Part shown: positions 1 through 8,559 of the stretch, piece by piece
How positions within the stretch are numbered: the first letter of the stretch is position 1
Layout of the letters: every line of letters starts with the position of its first letter
Assembly (NCBI GenBank): GCA_965202805.1
Contig: OZ241869.1
Span: forward strand, 608,001 to 672,000
Direction: 5' to 3'
From: Longimicrobiales bacterium
GTDB taxonomy: Bacteria > Gemmatimonadota > Gemmatimonadetes > Longimicrobiales > Gaopeijiaceae
Length of the DNA: 64,000 bases
Notes under the pieces: model-generated
The model's input: the letters and a program-made list of their open reading frames with translations, nothing else
What the model was told of the DNA's origin: nothing
Databases searched by the model: none
Made by a program: the position numbers and the translations under genes

Positions 1-884
1 TGCCCTGGCTCAAGCGCGACGAGATCCTCGACTACGAGGAGATCGCGCGCGTCGTGCGGGTGATGGCGAAGATGGGGCTCAGGCGGCTGCGCATCACCGG
101 GGGCGAGCCGCTGGTGCGGCGCGACCTCTCATCCCTCATCCGCATGCTCTCCGCCATTGACGGCATCGAGAACATCGCCCTCTCCACGAACGCGGTGCTG
201 CTCGAGGACCAGGCGGAGGACCTGAAGGCGGCGGGGGTCGACCGGGTCAACATCTCGCTCGATTCGCTGCGCTCGGACCGGGCCGACACCATCGCCCGGC
301 GGCCGGGCACCCTCGACAAGGTGCTGCGCGGGCTGGACGCGGCTGAGGCGGTCGGCTTCCACCCCATCAAGCTCAACGTCGTGCTGATGCGCGACTCGAA
401 CGACGACGAGATCGCGGACTTCGCGGCCATCACGCGCGAGCGACCCTGGCACATCCGCTTCATCGAGATCATGCCCACCGGCTCGAACACCGACCTGTCC
501 GCGGACAGCTTCATCTCGTGCAACGAGGCGCTCGACCGGGTGCGGCAACTCGGCGACCTGAAGCCCGTGGAGGGCCCGCTGGGCAACGGCCCGGCGACCT
601 ACTACCGCTTCGACGGCGCGCCCGGCACCATCGGCGTCATCACCCCGATGAGCCACAACTTCTGCGACCGCTGCAACCGCATGCGGCTCACCGCGGACGG
701 GCAGCTCAGGCCGTGCCTGTTCGGCTCGATCCAGACCGACCTGCGGAGCGCGCTCAGGCGCGGGGAGAACATCCGCCCGCTCGTCGAGGAGACGCTGCGC
801 ATCAAGCCCGAGCGCCACTGGCTGGTGCAGGGGAGCACCGAGGGCTCCGGCGGCCTGATCGCGCTGAGCCAGACCGGCGGTTAA
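1..884 (+). CDS. moaA: GTP 3',8-cyclase MoaA (5'-truncated by window edge)
   Basis: RITGGEPL motif, C-terminal FCDRCNRMRLTADGQLRPCL cluster motif and terminal GG; frame open from position 3. Confidence 0.95.
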   Translation, partial: PWLKRDEILDYEEIARVVRVMAKMGLRRLRITGGEPLVRRDLSSLIRMLSAIDGIENIALSTNAVLLEDQAEDLKAAGVDRVNISLDSLRSDRADTIARRPGTLDKVLRGLDAAEAVGFHPIKLNVVLMRDSNDDEIADFAAITRERPWHIRFIEIMPTGSNTDLSADSFISCNEALDRVRQLGDLKPVEGPLGNGPATYYRFDGAPGTIGVITPMSHNFCDRCNRMRLTADGQLRPCLFGSIQTDLRSALRRGENIRPLVEETLRIKPERHWLVQGSTEGSGGLIALSQTGG

Positions 885-896
885 TCCGAGAATCCC

Positions 897-1826
897 ATGA
901 GCGCACGAAAGATCACCGTGGTTGGCGCGGGCCATGTGGGCGAGAACTGCGCCCAGCGGCTGGCGGAGAAGGAGCTGGCGGAGGAAGTCGTCCTCATCGA
1001 CATCATCGACGGCATCCCCCAGGGGAAGGCGCTGGACCAGTGGGAGAGCGCGCCCATCGAGGGGTTCGACACCCGCGTGGTCGGGGCCAACGACTACGAG
1101 CTCGCGGCCGGGTCCGACATCTTCATCGTCACCGCGGGCATCGCGCGCAAGCCGGGGATGTCGCGCGACGACCTGCTCAACACCAACGCCCGCATCGTGG
1201 CTTCGGTGTCGTCGGAGATCGCCCGGGTCGCGCCCGACTCGATCGTCATGATGGTGTCGAACCCGCTCGACGTGATGGCGTACGTGGCGCTCGACACCAC
1301 GGGATTCCCGCGCGAGCGCGTGATCGGGATGGCCGGGGTCCTGGACACGGCCCGCTACCGCTCCTTCGTGGCGCTTGAGCTGGACGTGAGCGTGGCCGAC
1401 ATCCAGGCGCTGGTGCTGGGCGGACACGGCGACACCATGGTGCCGCTGGTGAACTACACCTCGGTGAGCGGGATCCCGCTGACGGAGCTGCTGCCGCGCG
1501 AGCGCATCGACGCGCTCATCGAGCGGACGCGCAACGGGGGCGCCGAGATCGTCGGCTACCTGAAGACCGGGAGCGCCTACTACGCGCCGTCCGCGGCCGC
1601 CGTGCAGATGGCCGAGGCGATCGTTAAGAACAAGCGGCGCATCCTGCCGTGCGCGGCGTACCTGGAGGGCGAGTACGGCCACGAGGGCATCTTCCTCGGG
1701 GTGCCGTGCAAGCTGGGTGCGGGCGGGCTCGTGGAGGTGGTCGAGCTGCGGCTGTCCGACGAGGAGCAGGCCATGCTCGACGGCAGCGCCCAGCACGTGC
1801 GTTCGACGATGGCGGCGCTGAGCTAA
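897..1826 (+). CDS. mdh: Malate dehydrogenase (LDH-like)
   Basis: GAGHVG Rossmann motif, [33 protein letters not shown]. Confidence 0.95.
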   Translation: MSARKITVVGAGHVGENCAQRLAEKELAEEVVLIDIIDGIPQGKALDQWESAPIEGFDTRVVGANDYELAAGSDIFIVTAGIARKPGMSRDDLLNTNARIVASVSSEIARVAPDSIVMMVSNPLDVMAYVALDTTGFPRERVIGMAGVLDTARYRSFVALELDVSVADIQALVLGGHGDTMVPLVNYTSVSGIPLTELLPRERIDALIERTRNGGAEIVGYLKTGSAYYAPSAAAVQMAEAIVKNKRRILPCAAYLEGEYGHEGIFLGVPCKLGAGGLVEVVELRLSDEEQAMLDGSAQHVRSTMAALS

Positions 1827-1834
1827 AGCCCCAT

Positions 1835-2617
1835 CTACGGGCGCGAGAACACCGCCATGTCGAGGTCTGCGGGATTGATCTCCACGTCGCTCATGCGCAG
1901 GATCTTCCACACCCGGCCCTGCCTGACGTGGACGCGGGCGCCCACGTAGGGGTAGCCCTCGTCGGTGCGCAGGTCCGTCCACCGGTTGTGGTCGACGCCG
2001 CCGGTCCCGCCGGTCTGGTAGGTCACCTCGACCGGCCAGCTGCGCCCGTCCTCGAAGTAGTAGTGCCAGACGTCGCTGCCGACCCCCTCGCCGAAGGTGA
2101 CCACGACGTCGTGGCGGTCCTGGGCGTCGCGCCCCCGGTAGGCGAGGTGCACGCCCGGGTCGCGGAGCTTGAAGGGGAGCGCCATCCAGTAGTTGACGTC
2201 GCCGGAGATGTAGCGCACCTCGTCGCGGTCGCGGTCGCCGGGTTCGAGCGGTTCGCCGTTGCGCACGGCCCAGTCGGCGACCCCGTCCCAGCCCTGCTGG
2301 ATGTAGTCGTTGCCCTCCCAGCGGTCGATGCGCGCCAGCTCGCCCATGTCGGTGCGCGCGATGGTCACGTAGCGCGGGCGGGCGCGGCGCATGCGGCCGG
2401 TCCCGGGGTCGTAGAGCTCGGTGGTGAAGGTGTAGCGGGCGCTGTGAAAGCCGGCGTAGGCCTCCATGCCGCCGACCGATTCGATCCAGGCGTCGACCAG
2501 CGCCATCGCCTCCCGGTCGGCGGAGTCGGGGCCGGAGCCGGCCTGGGCGGAGAGTTCGGCGCCGCCGGCGAGGGCCAGCGCCGTGAGCAGCATCGGCAGG
2601 TTTGAAGTCACGCGCAT
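1835..2617 (-). CDS. Hypothetical exported protein
   Basis: 260-aa ORF with signal-peptide-like N-terminus ([15 protein letters not shown]) and host-like codon usage. Confidence 0.7.
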   Translation of the reverse strand: MRVTSNLPMLLTALALAGGAELSAQAGSGPDSADREAMALVDAWIESVGGMEAYAGFHSARYTFTTELYDPGTGRMRRARPRYVTIARTDMGELARIDRWEGNDYIQQGWDGVADWAVRNGEPLEPGDRDRDEVRYISGDVNYWMALPFKLRDPGVHLAYRGRDAQDRHDVVVTFGEGVGSDVWHYYFEDGRSWPVEVTYQTGGTGGVDHNRWTDLRTDEGYPYVGARVHVRQGRVWKILRMSDVEINPADLDMAVFSRP

Positions 2618-2872
2618 CCCGGGCCTCCCTCGAAATCTCTCAACGGTTGTTCACGATTCGGCAAACGACATCGGCGCCAAAATAATGCACGAGCAGCGGG
2701 CGATCCAATGCGCCCCGTCGGACTGCTCCGCGGAGCGCCCCGTCGGACCGCCGCGCGGTGGTTTGGCATCCGCGAGCCGCCTCCCTATGTTGCCTCCGCC
2801 ATCGTCCGCCGCGGGCCGCGCCCCGGCGCCCGGCGGGCCTCCTCCTTGAACCCCATCCCCCCTCGACCCCGC

Positions 2873-3427
2873 ATGCCCATCCGAAGCGACCACTGGATTC
2901 AGAAGATGTCGGAGGAGCACGGGATGATCGAGCCGTTCGAGGCCGGACAGGTGCGCGACGGGTGCATCTCCTACGGCCTTTCGTCCTACGGCTACGACAT
3001 CCGCGTCGCCCCCGACTTCAAGGTGTTCACCAACGTCCACAACGTGATCGTCGATCCCAAGGAGTTCGACGACCGCTCGTTCGTGGACATCCCCGAGGAA
3101 GCGTGCATCATCCCGCCCAACTCCTTCGCCCTGGGGCGCACCGTCGAGTACTTCCGCATCCCGCGCGACACGCTGGTGGTGTGCGTGGGCAAGTCGACGT
3201 ACGCGCGCTGCGGGATCATCGTCAACGTGACGCCGCTCGAGCCCACCTGGTGCGGCCATCTCACGCTCGAGATCTCGAACACGACGCCCCTGCCCGCGAA
3301 GATCTACGCCAACGAGGGCATCGCCCAGCTGCTCTTCCTGCAGGGAGACCGGGAGCCGCGCGTGGCGTACGCGGACCGGAAGGGCAAGTACCAGGACCAG
3401 AAAGGAGTTACGCTGCCGAAGCTGTAG
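2873..3427 (+). CDS. dcd: dCTP deaminase
   Basis: [36 protein letters not shown] motifs; ATG at 2873. Confidence 0.95.
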   Translation: MPIRSDHWIQKMSEEHGMIEPFEAGQVRDGCISYGLSSYGYDIRVAPDFKVFTNVHNVIVDPKEFDDRSFVDIPEEACIIPPNSFALGRTVEYFRIPRDTLVVCVGKSTYARCGIIVNVTPLEPTWCGHLTLEISNTTPLPAKIYANEGIAQLLFLQGDREPRVAYADRKGKYQDQKGVTLPKL

Positions 3428-3487
3428 GCTGCTCAGACGGGCTTGCGCCAGCCCGGCGTCCCGTCGACCCGGCCGGGAACAGGCGAC

Positions 3488-5485
3488 TCAACGCCTCGTG
3501 GAAGCGGAGCACACGGCTCCTCCCTCGTGTTGAGGGATGCCCGCCAGCCATTCCTGAAATGCCCGGTCCGCAGGAGAGCAGAGGCCGGTTTCGTTCCAGA
3601 TGAAGTGGGTGAGGCGAAAACGGACGTATTCCCTGGGAATCGCACCGATAAGTCCGCGGTTGGCGCCGACGTCGAGCTGAAACAGCTGCGGGATTTCCGC
3701 CAGTGCGGACGGGAGGGTGCCGCTGAGCTGATTGTGGTGCAACTCAAGGACGTTCAGTGCCGACATCCGACCGAGCTCCCGCGGGATCAGGCCCGCCAGC
3801 GAGTTGCAGCACAGGCGCATGCGATACACTGCCTTGAGCCTTCCGAGTTCGGGCGGGATCGAGCCCGAGAGCTGATTCTCGTGGAGCTGGAAGATGCGCA
3901 GTTCAGCGATGTTTCCGAGTTGCCGGGGGATGGAGCCCGACAGCTGATTCCGGGCGAGCGAGAGGACATTGAGCCCGGAGATGTCGCCCAGTTCAGCGGG
4001 AATCGGACCCGTCAGGGAATTCTCGTCGAGGGTCAGAACCACGAGATTCCGCAACTCGCCGATTTCGCGCGGGATCGGGCCCTCGAGTTCGTTGTGCGTG
4101 AAATCGATGAACTCGAGCTCGTCCAGAAGCGCGAGTTCGCCCGGAAGCGATCCCTTCAGACCGTTGTCCCGCATGACCAGCGAAATGACCCGTCCCTCCC
4201 TGTTGGTCCCGACGCCATGCCAGTGCCGCAGCGACGCATCGGTCAGCCAGTTTTCGCTGTCGCGCCAGTCCGCCCCGCCGGTGGCGTAGTAGAGGGCGGC
4301 GAGGGCGCTCCGATCCGGGAAGACGACGAGGAGCTCCGCGGTTGCCTGTTGCGCGCTCCCGGCCAGATGGACCGTGATTTCGACCGAACCGGGCTCTCGC
4401 GCGACGACCCGTCCGCCCGAACTCACCTCCGCCACGGAGGGGTCGCTCGACAACCACATGAACTCGGCCGCCGCAATCAGGTTGTCGTTGGCGTCGAAAG
4501 CCTCCGCTGCCAGCTGCAGCGTGTCACGCCGCGCGAACAGCGTTGCCGACGAGGGCGTTACATGGACCGAGACCGCTTCCTGCTCGACGATGAAGGCCGC
4601 CGTCGCAGAAACGGACCCCGACGACGCGCTGACGCCGGCACTGCCGTTTCCGACAGCCGACACCAGGCCCGTGGACGTGACGGTGATCACGGATTCGTCG
4701 CTCGAAGCCCACGTCACGCCGGCCCCGTCGACCGGGTTGCCGAGTTCGTCGAGCACGTCGGCGGCCATCTGGAGCCGATCGCCAAGGGCCCGGAAGGGTT
4801 CCGGATCCGGAGTCAGCCGTATCTCGGCGATCTCCTGTTGCACGGAAAAGTCGGCTGCCGCCTCCTCCGAACCGGCAGTTGCCGTTACCGTTGCGTCCCC
4901 ATTGCCCGTCGCGGTGACCAGTCCCTCGTCGCTCACCGTCACGACCGCTTCGTCGCTGGACGACCACGTGACGCGCGCGGCCTGCACCCGATGGCCGTTG
5001 GCGTCGAGGGCTTCCGCCGACATCTGCAGCGTCTGTCCGATCGCGCTGAAGACCCGGGGATCCGGTGTCAGCCTGACCTCGACGATCTGCTGTTCAACGG
5101 TGATCGCCGCACTCCCGGAGGCGCCGCCGCCCCGTACCGTGGCCGTGATGTTGGCCGCTCCGTCTTCCACCGCCGTGACGAGACCGCTCGCGTCAACGGT
5201 TGCGACGCCCCCGTCGCTGCTCGCCCAGTTGACGGCCACTCCGGTCATGAGCGTGCCGGTCTGGTCGCGCACGGTCGCAGTGAATTGGACCGTCTGCCCG
5301 AGCGAAGCCAGAACGGCGGACGGAGGGGTGATCGCCAGCGTCGTGGGGACCGGAGCCGGCGCGACCACATCGGGTTCGCCCTCTCCACAGGCCAGAATCA
5401 GGATGGGCACGAGGAGGAGGCGCAGAGGCAGGCGGGGAGCGCGATGATGAGCGACTAACGCGGATCCCGCGGCAGATGGAGGCAT
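3488..5485 (-). CDS. Lipoprotein with about four bacterial Ig-like (Big_2) repeats and plant-type leucine-rich repeats
   Basis: LILAC lipobox-like motif; repeated VTWxSSDxxVxTVxxxGLVTAxGxG; ALAALYYATGGADW...WHGV cap followed by LxGxIPxELGxLxxLxxLxLxxN repeats; exact start uncertain. Confidence 0.85.
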   Translation of the reverse strand: MPPSAAGSALVAHHRAPRLPLRLLLVPILILACGEGEPDVVAPAPVPTTLAITPPSAVLASLGQTVQFTATVRDQTGTLMTGVAVNWASSDGGVATVDASGLVTAVEDGAANITATVRGGGASGSAAITVEQQIVEVRLTPDPRVFSAIGQTLQMSAEALDANGHRVQAARVTWSSSDEAVVTVSDEGLVTATGNGDATVTATAGSEEAAADFSVQQEIAEIRLTPDPEPFRALGDRLQMAADVLDELGNPVDGAGVTWASSDESVITVTSTGLVSAVGNGSAGVSASSGSVSATAAFIVEQEAVSVHVTPSSATLFARRDTLQLAAEAFDANDNLIAAAEFMWLSSDPSVAEVSSGGRVVAREPGSVEITVHLAGSAQQATAELLVVFPDRSALAALYYATGGADWRDSENWLTDASLRHWHGVGTNREGRVISLVMRDNGLKGSLPGELALLDELEFIDFTHNELEGPIPREIGELRNLVVLTLDENSLTGPIPAELGDISGLNVLSLARNQLSGSIPRQLGNIAELRIFQLHENQLSGSIPPELGRLKAVYRMRLCCNSLAGLIPRELGRMSALNVLELHHNQLSGTLPSALAEIPQLFQLDVGANRGLIGAIPREYVRFRLTHFIWNETGLCSPADRAFQEWLAGIPQHEGGAVCSASTRR

Positions 5486-5524
5486 CGCAAGCCCCTTCGC
5501 ACGAACGCGGATTGTGGCGGTCCG

Positions 5525-6040
5525 CTAGGACCCCGGGTTCACCTCCACCAGCTCGACCTCGAAGATCAGCACCGAGCCCGCGGGGATGAGGGGACTCGGG
5601 GACTGGGCGCCGTAGGCCAGTTGCGGGGGGATGACGAGCTGACGCACGCCTCCGACCCTCATGCCCGGGAGCCCTTCCTCCCACCCGGCGATGACCTGGC
5701 CCGCGCCAACCATCACGGGGAACGGGTCGCGCCCGGGGTTGCGGGAGGAGTCGAAGAGCGTGCCGTCGTTCACCCAGCCGCTGTAGTGAACGACCATGAC
5801 GTCGCCCGCGACGGTGGGGTCGCCCTCCCCTACCTGGAGGTCCCTGATGTAGAGCCCCGAGGGCTGCAGCTCCATCGCGGAGAGGTCGACGCCCAGGGAC
5901 GAGGCGTAGATGATGTCGGCCGGGTTCTGAAGAACCACCTCCGCGGGGCCGCTCTCGTCGCCGCCGCAGACCGCCAGGGTCAGGGCGAGGGGAAGGAGGA
6001 TGAGCGTGCGGACGGGGCGGCGGGCTGAGGAGATGAGCAT
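5525..6040 (-). CDS. FKBP-type peptidyl-prolyl cis-trans isomerase (exported)
   Basis: VHYSG...DGTLFDSS, VIAGWEEG, LVIPPQLAYG, IPAGSVLIFEVELV. Confidence 0.93.
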   Translation of the reverse strand: MLISSARRPVRTLILLPLALTLAVCGGDESGPAEVVLQNPADIIYASSLGVDLSAMELQPSGLYIRDLQVGEGDPTVAGDVMVVHYSGWVNDGTLFDSSRNPGRDPFPVMVGAGQVIAGWEEGLPGMRVGGVRQLVIPPQLAYGAQSPSPLIPAGSVLIFEVELVEVNPGS

Positions 6041-6142
6041 GGGTTCCCGGGTGTTCGGTCGAGTGGCGTTCGATGTGCACACCAAGCTAGCCGCGCCGGT
6101 TGAGGATGCACAGGGTGGGGGGTGGCCCTGGCGTGAGGGGTG

Positions 6143-6394
6143 TCAAGCTGCTCCGGCCACCTCTCTTGCCCGCGCGATGACTTCCTCAGCCGCCTCGCAT
6201 TCGAGGACTGCCTCGGCGACGGCGGAGATGCGGTCGGGGTCGGAGAGAGGGTCGAGAACCGGGACGAGCCGGTCCGCGGTAGCCGGACCAAACCTCCGAG
6301 AGACGAGTCGGCGTACCAACTCTCGTTCCCCTTCGATCCGGCCTCGCTCCACGTCCTCCTCACGCCACTTCCGCACCCGATCGATCAATGTCAT
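6143..6394 (-). CDS. Stand-alone Rpn-family C-terminal peptide (RpnS/DUF4351-like)
   Basis: MTLIDRVRKWREEDVERGRIEGERELVRRLVSRRFG resembles the Rpn/YhgA C-terminus; AGGAGG upstream of the ATG. Confidence 0.65.
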   Translation of the reverse strand: MTLIDRVRKWREEDVERGRIEGERELVRRLVSRRFGPATADRLVPVLDPLSDPDRISAVAEAVLECEAAEEVIARAREVAGAA

Positions 6395-6692
6395 CTCTGC
6401 TTGCTCCTCCTGCCGGGCCAGGCATCCCGGACCCTTCGGATCATCCTCATTGGGGACGAAGGTCGCTGACCGCGCGACGGATCAGAGCGGGTTCGATTGA
6501 GGCCAAGCCTCAAGCCTTAATCGGATCCGGAGCCTCGATGGCCCAGTGCTTTGACTCGTACCGTTCGACTAGGGTCACCAGGATCTCCAGCTTGTCGGAC
6601 TCCGGCGTCCCGGGGGTGGCCCCCATGAGGCGGTCGATCTCACCCAGCGCCTCGTCGTAGTCGGCTTCGCTTCTGATCGGTGTGATCGCCAT
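6395..6692 (-). pseudogene. Truncated HigA-like antitoxin
   Basis: MAITPIRSEADYDEALGEIDRLMGATPGTPESDKLEILVTLVERYE...APDPI then a stop at 6510; degenerate HTH-like tail (RGQRPSSPMRMIRRVRDA) in another frame. Confidence 0.7.
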
Positions 6693-6748
6693 GTCGGGTT
6701 CCTCCATGTCGGTTGGTTGGATCGCCACCCTGAGTTATGTGACGGGTG

Positions 6749-7140
6749 TCACGCTGCTCCGGCCACCTCTCTTGCCCGCGCGATGAGCTCCTCAGCCGTC
6801 TCGTATTCGATGACCGCGTCTGCGACGGCCGCAATGCGGTCGGGGCCAGTCCGCCAGCGAAGCCAGGAGTTCCTTCAGCTGCTCCGTCGACCGCGCCTGT
6901 TCGAGCCGCGCGATCATCGACAGGACGTTGTCGGGCGGCAGCCCCGAAGCATCGAGCATGCGCAACTCAATGAGAAGATACCGATGACGCGGAACATATC
7001 CAACCAGCCTCCTGGGAGCGGAGGGGAACAGGTCGCGGATGTCCGTGGCCGCATTCCAGCGCCGTTCGCCATTGTAGACGACGATGGGGAGGACGAACGG
7101 GAACTCGCCACGCGGTCCGAGGGCGCTCCGGGCACCCCTG
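6749..7140 (-). pseudogene. Rpn-family (recombination-promoting nuclease/putative transposase) remnant
   Basis: PFVLPIVVYNGERRWNAATDIRDL...RYLLIE motif; N-terminal nuclease half missing; out-of-frame jump after LADW to the C-terminal tail. Confidence 0.8.
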
Positions 7141-7187
7141 GCCAACCTCCAAGACCTTCTCGACCGACTCGGCATTCGGGCGGGCGA

Positions 7188-7224
7188 GTTACGCATTTTA
7201 CGTATTTTGTGTAATCTGCGTAAC
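7188..7224. promoter_or_regulatory. AT-rich palindromic operator-like site
   Basis: GTTACGCA-ttTTACGTAttt-TGTGTAAtc-TGCGTAAC: perfect 8-bp outer inverted repeat plus imperfect inner half-sites. Confidence 0.5.
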
Positions 7225-7308
7225 CTAGGGGGCTGGAGCCCCTCCACCACCAGGGAACGCCAGCACCCGCCCTTGGTTGCTCGGCGTGGGCTCCCCCGAT
7301 CTCCGATT

Positions 7309-8235
7309 TCAGTTCCGGAAGACCTGCGCCCGGTGCCAGTCGACGTATGTGCGACGAGGCACGTGCAGCCTGCTTCGCGGAGGCCGAATGAGCTGCCCCG
7401 AGTAATCGGAGAGGAGGCTCTCGCTCGGGATGTTCCCCCGGACCTGGCCGGAAACCAGCACGCGATAGCCCGTGCCCTTGGCCTCCAGTCCAACCGCGCC
7501 CCGATCGAGCGCCCGGTGATGAAGCAGGCAGAGGGCCAAGCCGTTGAACACATCGTCCGGTCCCCTGTGGGAGTGCCACTGGATGTGCGCGGCCTCGAGT
7601 CCCAGCAGTTCATCGTTGATCCGGAGATCGAAGTCGCAGATCGCGCAGCGCTCGTCGTACGCCTGAAGCACTTCCTTGCGGAATATCAGGCGTCGCGGTC
7701 TGCGATAGACCACCATTCGCTGCTTCCTGCCGGGCTCGCGCCCGAGCGGTAATCCCGGCACCAACCACGCGTAGGAAAGGCCGACGGCTTCGAGAACCTC
7801 GTCGTGCAGAGAGATCGGGAAGTGCTTCGCGAGGAGGAGTCGGGCGGCTTCGAGAGCCAGCTCCGGGTCGGACTCCAGCAACTCGGAGACCTCGCTTGTG
7901 AATCCCCCTTCGACATCATACTTCCTCAGATCCGTCAAACGGAGATAACCCGTGCCCCACGAAGGCAGCTCGGTTACTCGGGGGATCTCCCAGATGCCAT
8001 CGTGCACGAGATACCGAAACGGATACTGAACGAGCCCACGCCTCGGCGGGCCGAATCGGCGCCATAGTTCTCCAAAGCGCGTTTCCGCCTCGCGGAATGG
8101 AATCAGGCGTGCCTCGCCCCGGAAGGAGCGTCCAAGCATCAGAAGAAGCAGGAGCGGCTTGTGGGGTGCCCGCTGGCTGCCCTTCTTCCAGATGGTGATG
8201 TCGTTCACCAGCCGCAGGAATCGCTCGGGAGTCAT
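7309..8235 (-). CDS. HNH restriction endonuclease, probable SBD-HNH (phosphorothioate-dependent) type
   Basis: N-terminal RAPHKPLLLL...YPFRYL..DGIWE motif; C-terminal CAIC...LEAAHI...NGLALCLLHHRALDRG HNH_2 domain. Confidence 0.8.
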   Translation of the reverse strand: MTPERFLRLVNDITIWKKGSQRAPHKPLLLLLMLGRSFRGEARLIPFREAETRFGELWRRFGPPRRGLVQYPFRYLVHDGIWEIPRVTELPSWGTGYLRLTDLRKYDVEGGFTSEVSELLESDPELALEAARLLLAKHFPISLHDEVLEAVGLSYAWLVPGLPLGREPGRKQRMVVYRRPRRLIFRKEVLQAYDERCAICDFDLRINDELLGLEAAHIQWHSHRGPDDVFNGLALCLLHHRALDRGAVGLEAKGTGYRVLVSGQVRGNIPSESLLSDYSGQLIRPPRSRLHVPRRTYVDWHRAQVFRN

Positions 8236-8559
8236 CTCGGACTACAGGGAAGGCCTGGTGGACTCGGGGGTGGTCACGCCGGACTCCCTGGCCAGATGCT
8301 CCTGGGTCCAGCCGCGGAGCTTCCTGGTCTCGCGAGGCCGTTGCGCGAAGATCGGGGGGAGGCCGTTGATGAGCCTATGCTTGTGTGGTTCATGAGCCTG
8401 CGTTGACGATAAGCCGTATGCGTTGAGCGACTTGCGTACCCAAGATGGGGTGATAAGATGGGTCTGTCGATTGGCACGGCAAGCAAGTGCCGCGACACGA
8501 GACCGAGAACGCTTGGGCGATGGTGAGCCCCGACCCAGTATCCGAGGATGTGACGCGAT

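Larger units (their letters stand above)
6141..6846. repeat. Two diverged ~100-bp direct repeats (6141-6243 and 6747-6846) encoding the same Rpn tail
   Basis: Both read ...PDRIxAVAxAVxExExAEExIARAREVAGAA* on the minus strand; shared core gctgctccggccacctctcttgcccgcgcgatga. Confidence 0.9.

Noticed and set aside
129..5458. Long antisense or alternative-frame ORFs (e.g. 129-1982, 3443-5458, and similar ones over hsdM, the PKS and 60408-62438)
   Set aside because: Shadow ORFs expected from high-GC codon bias opposite well-supported genes; no motifs.
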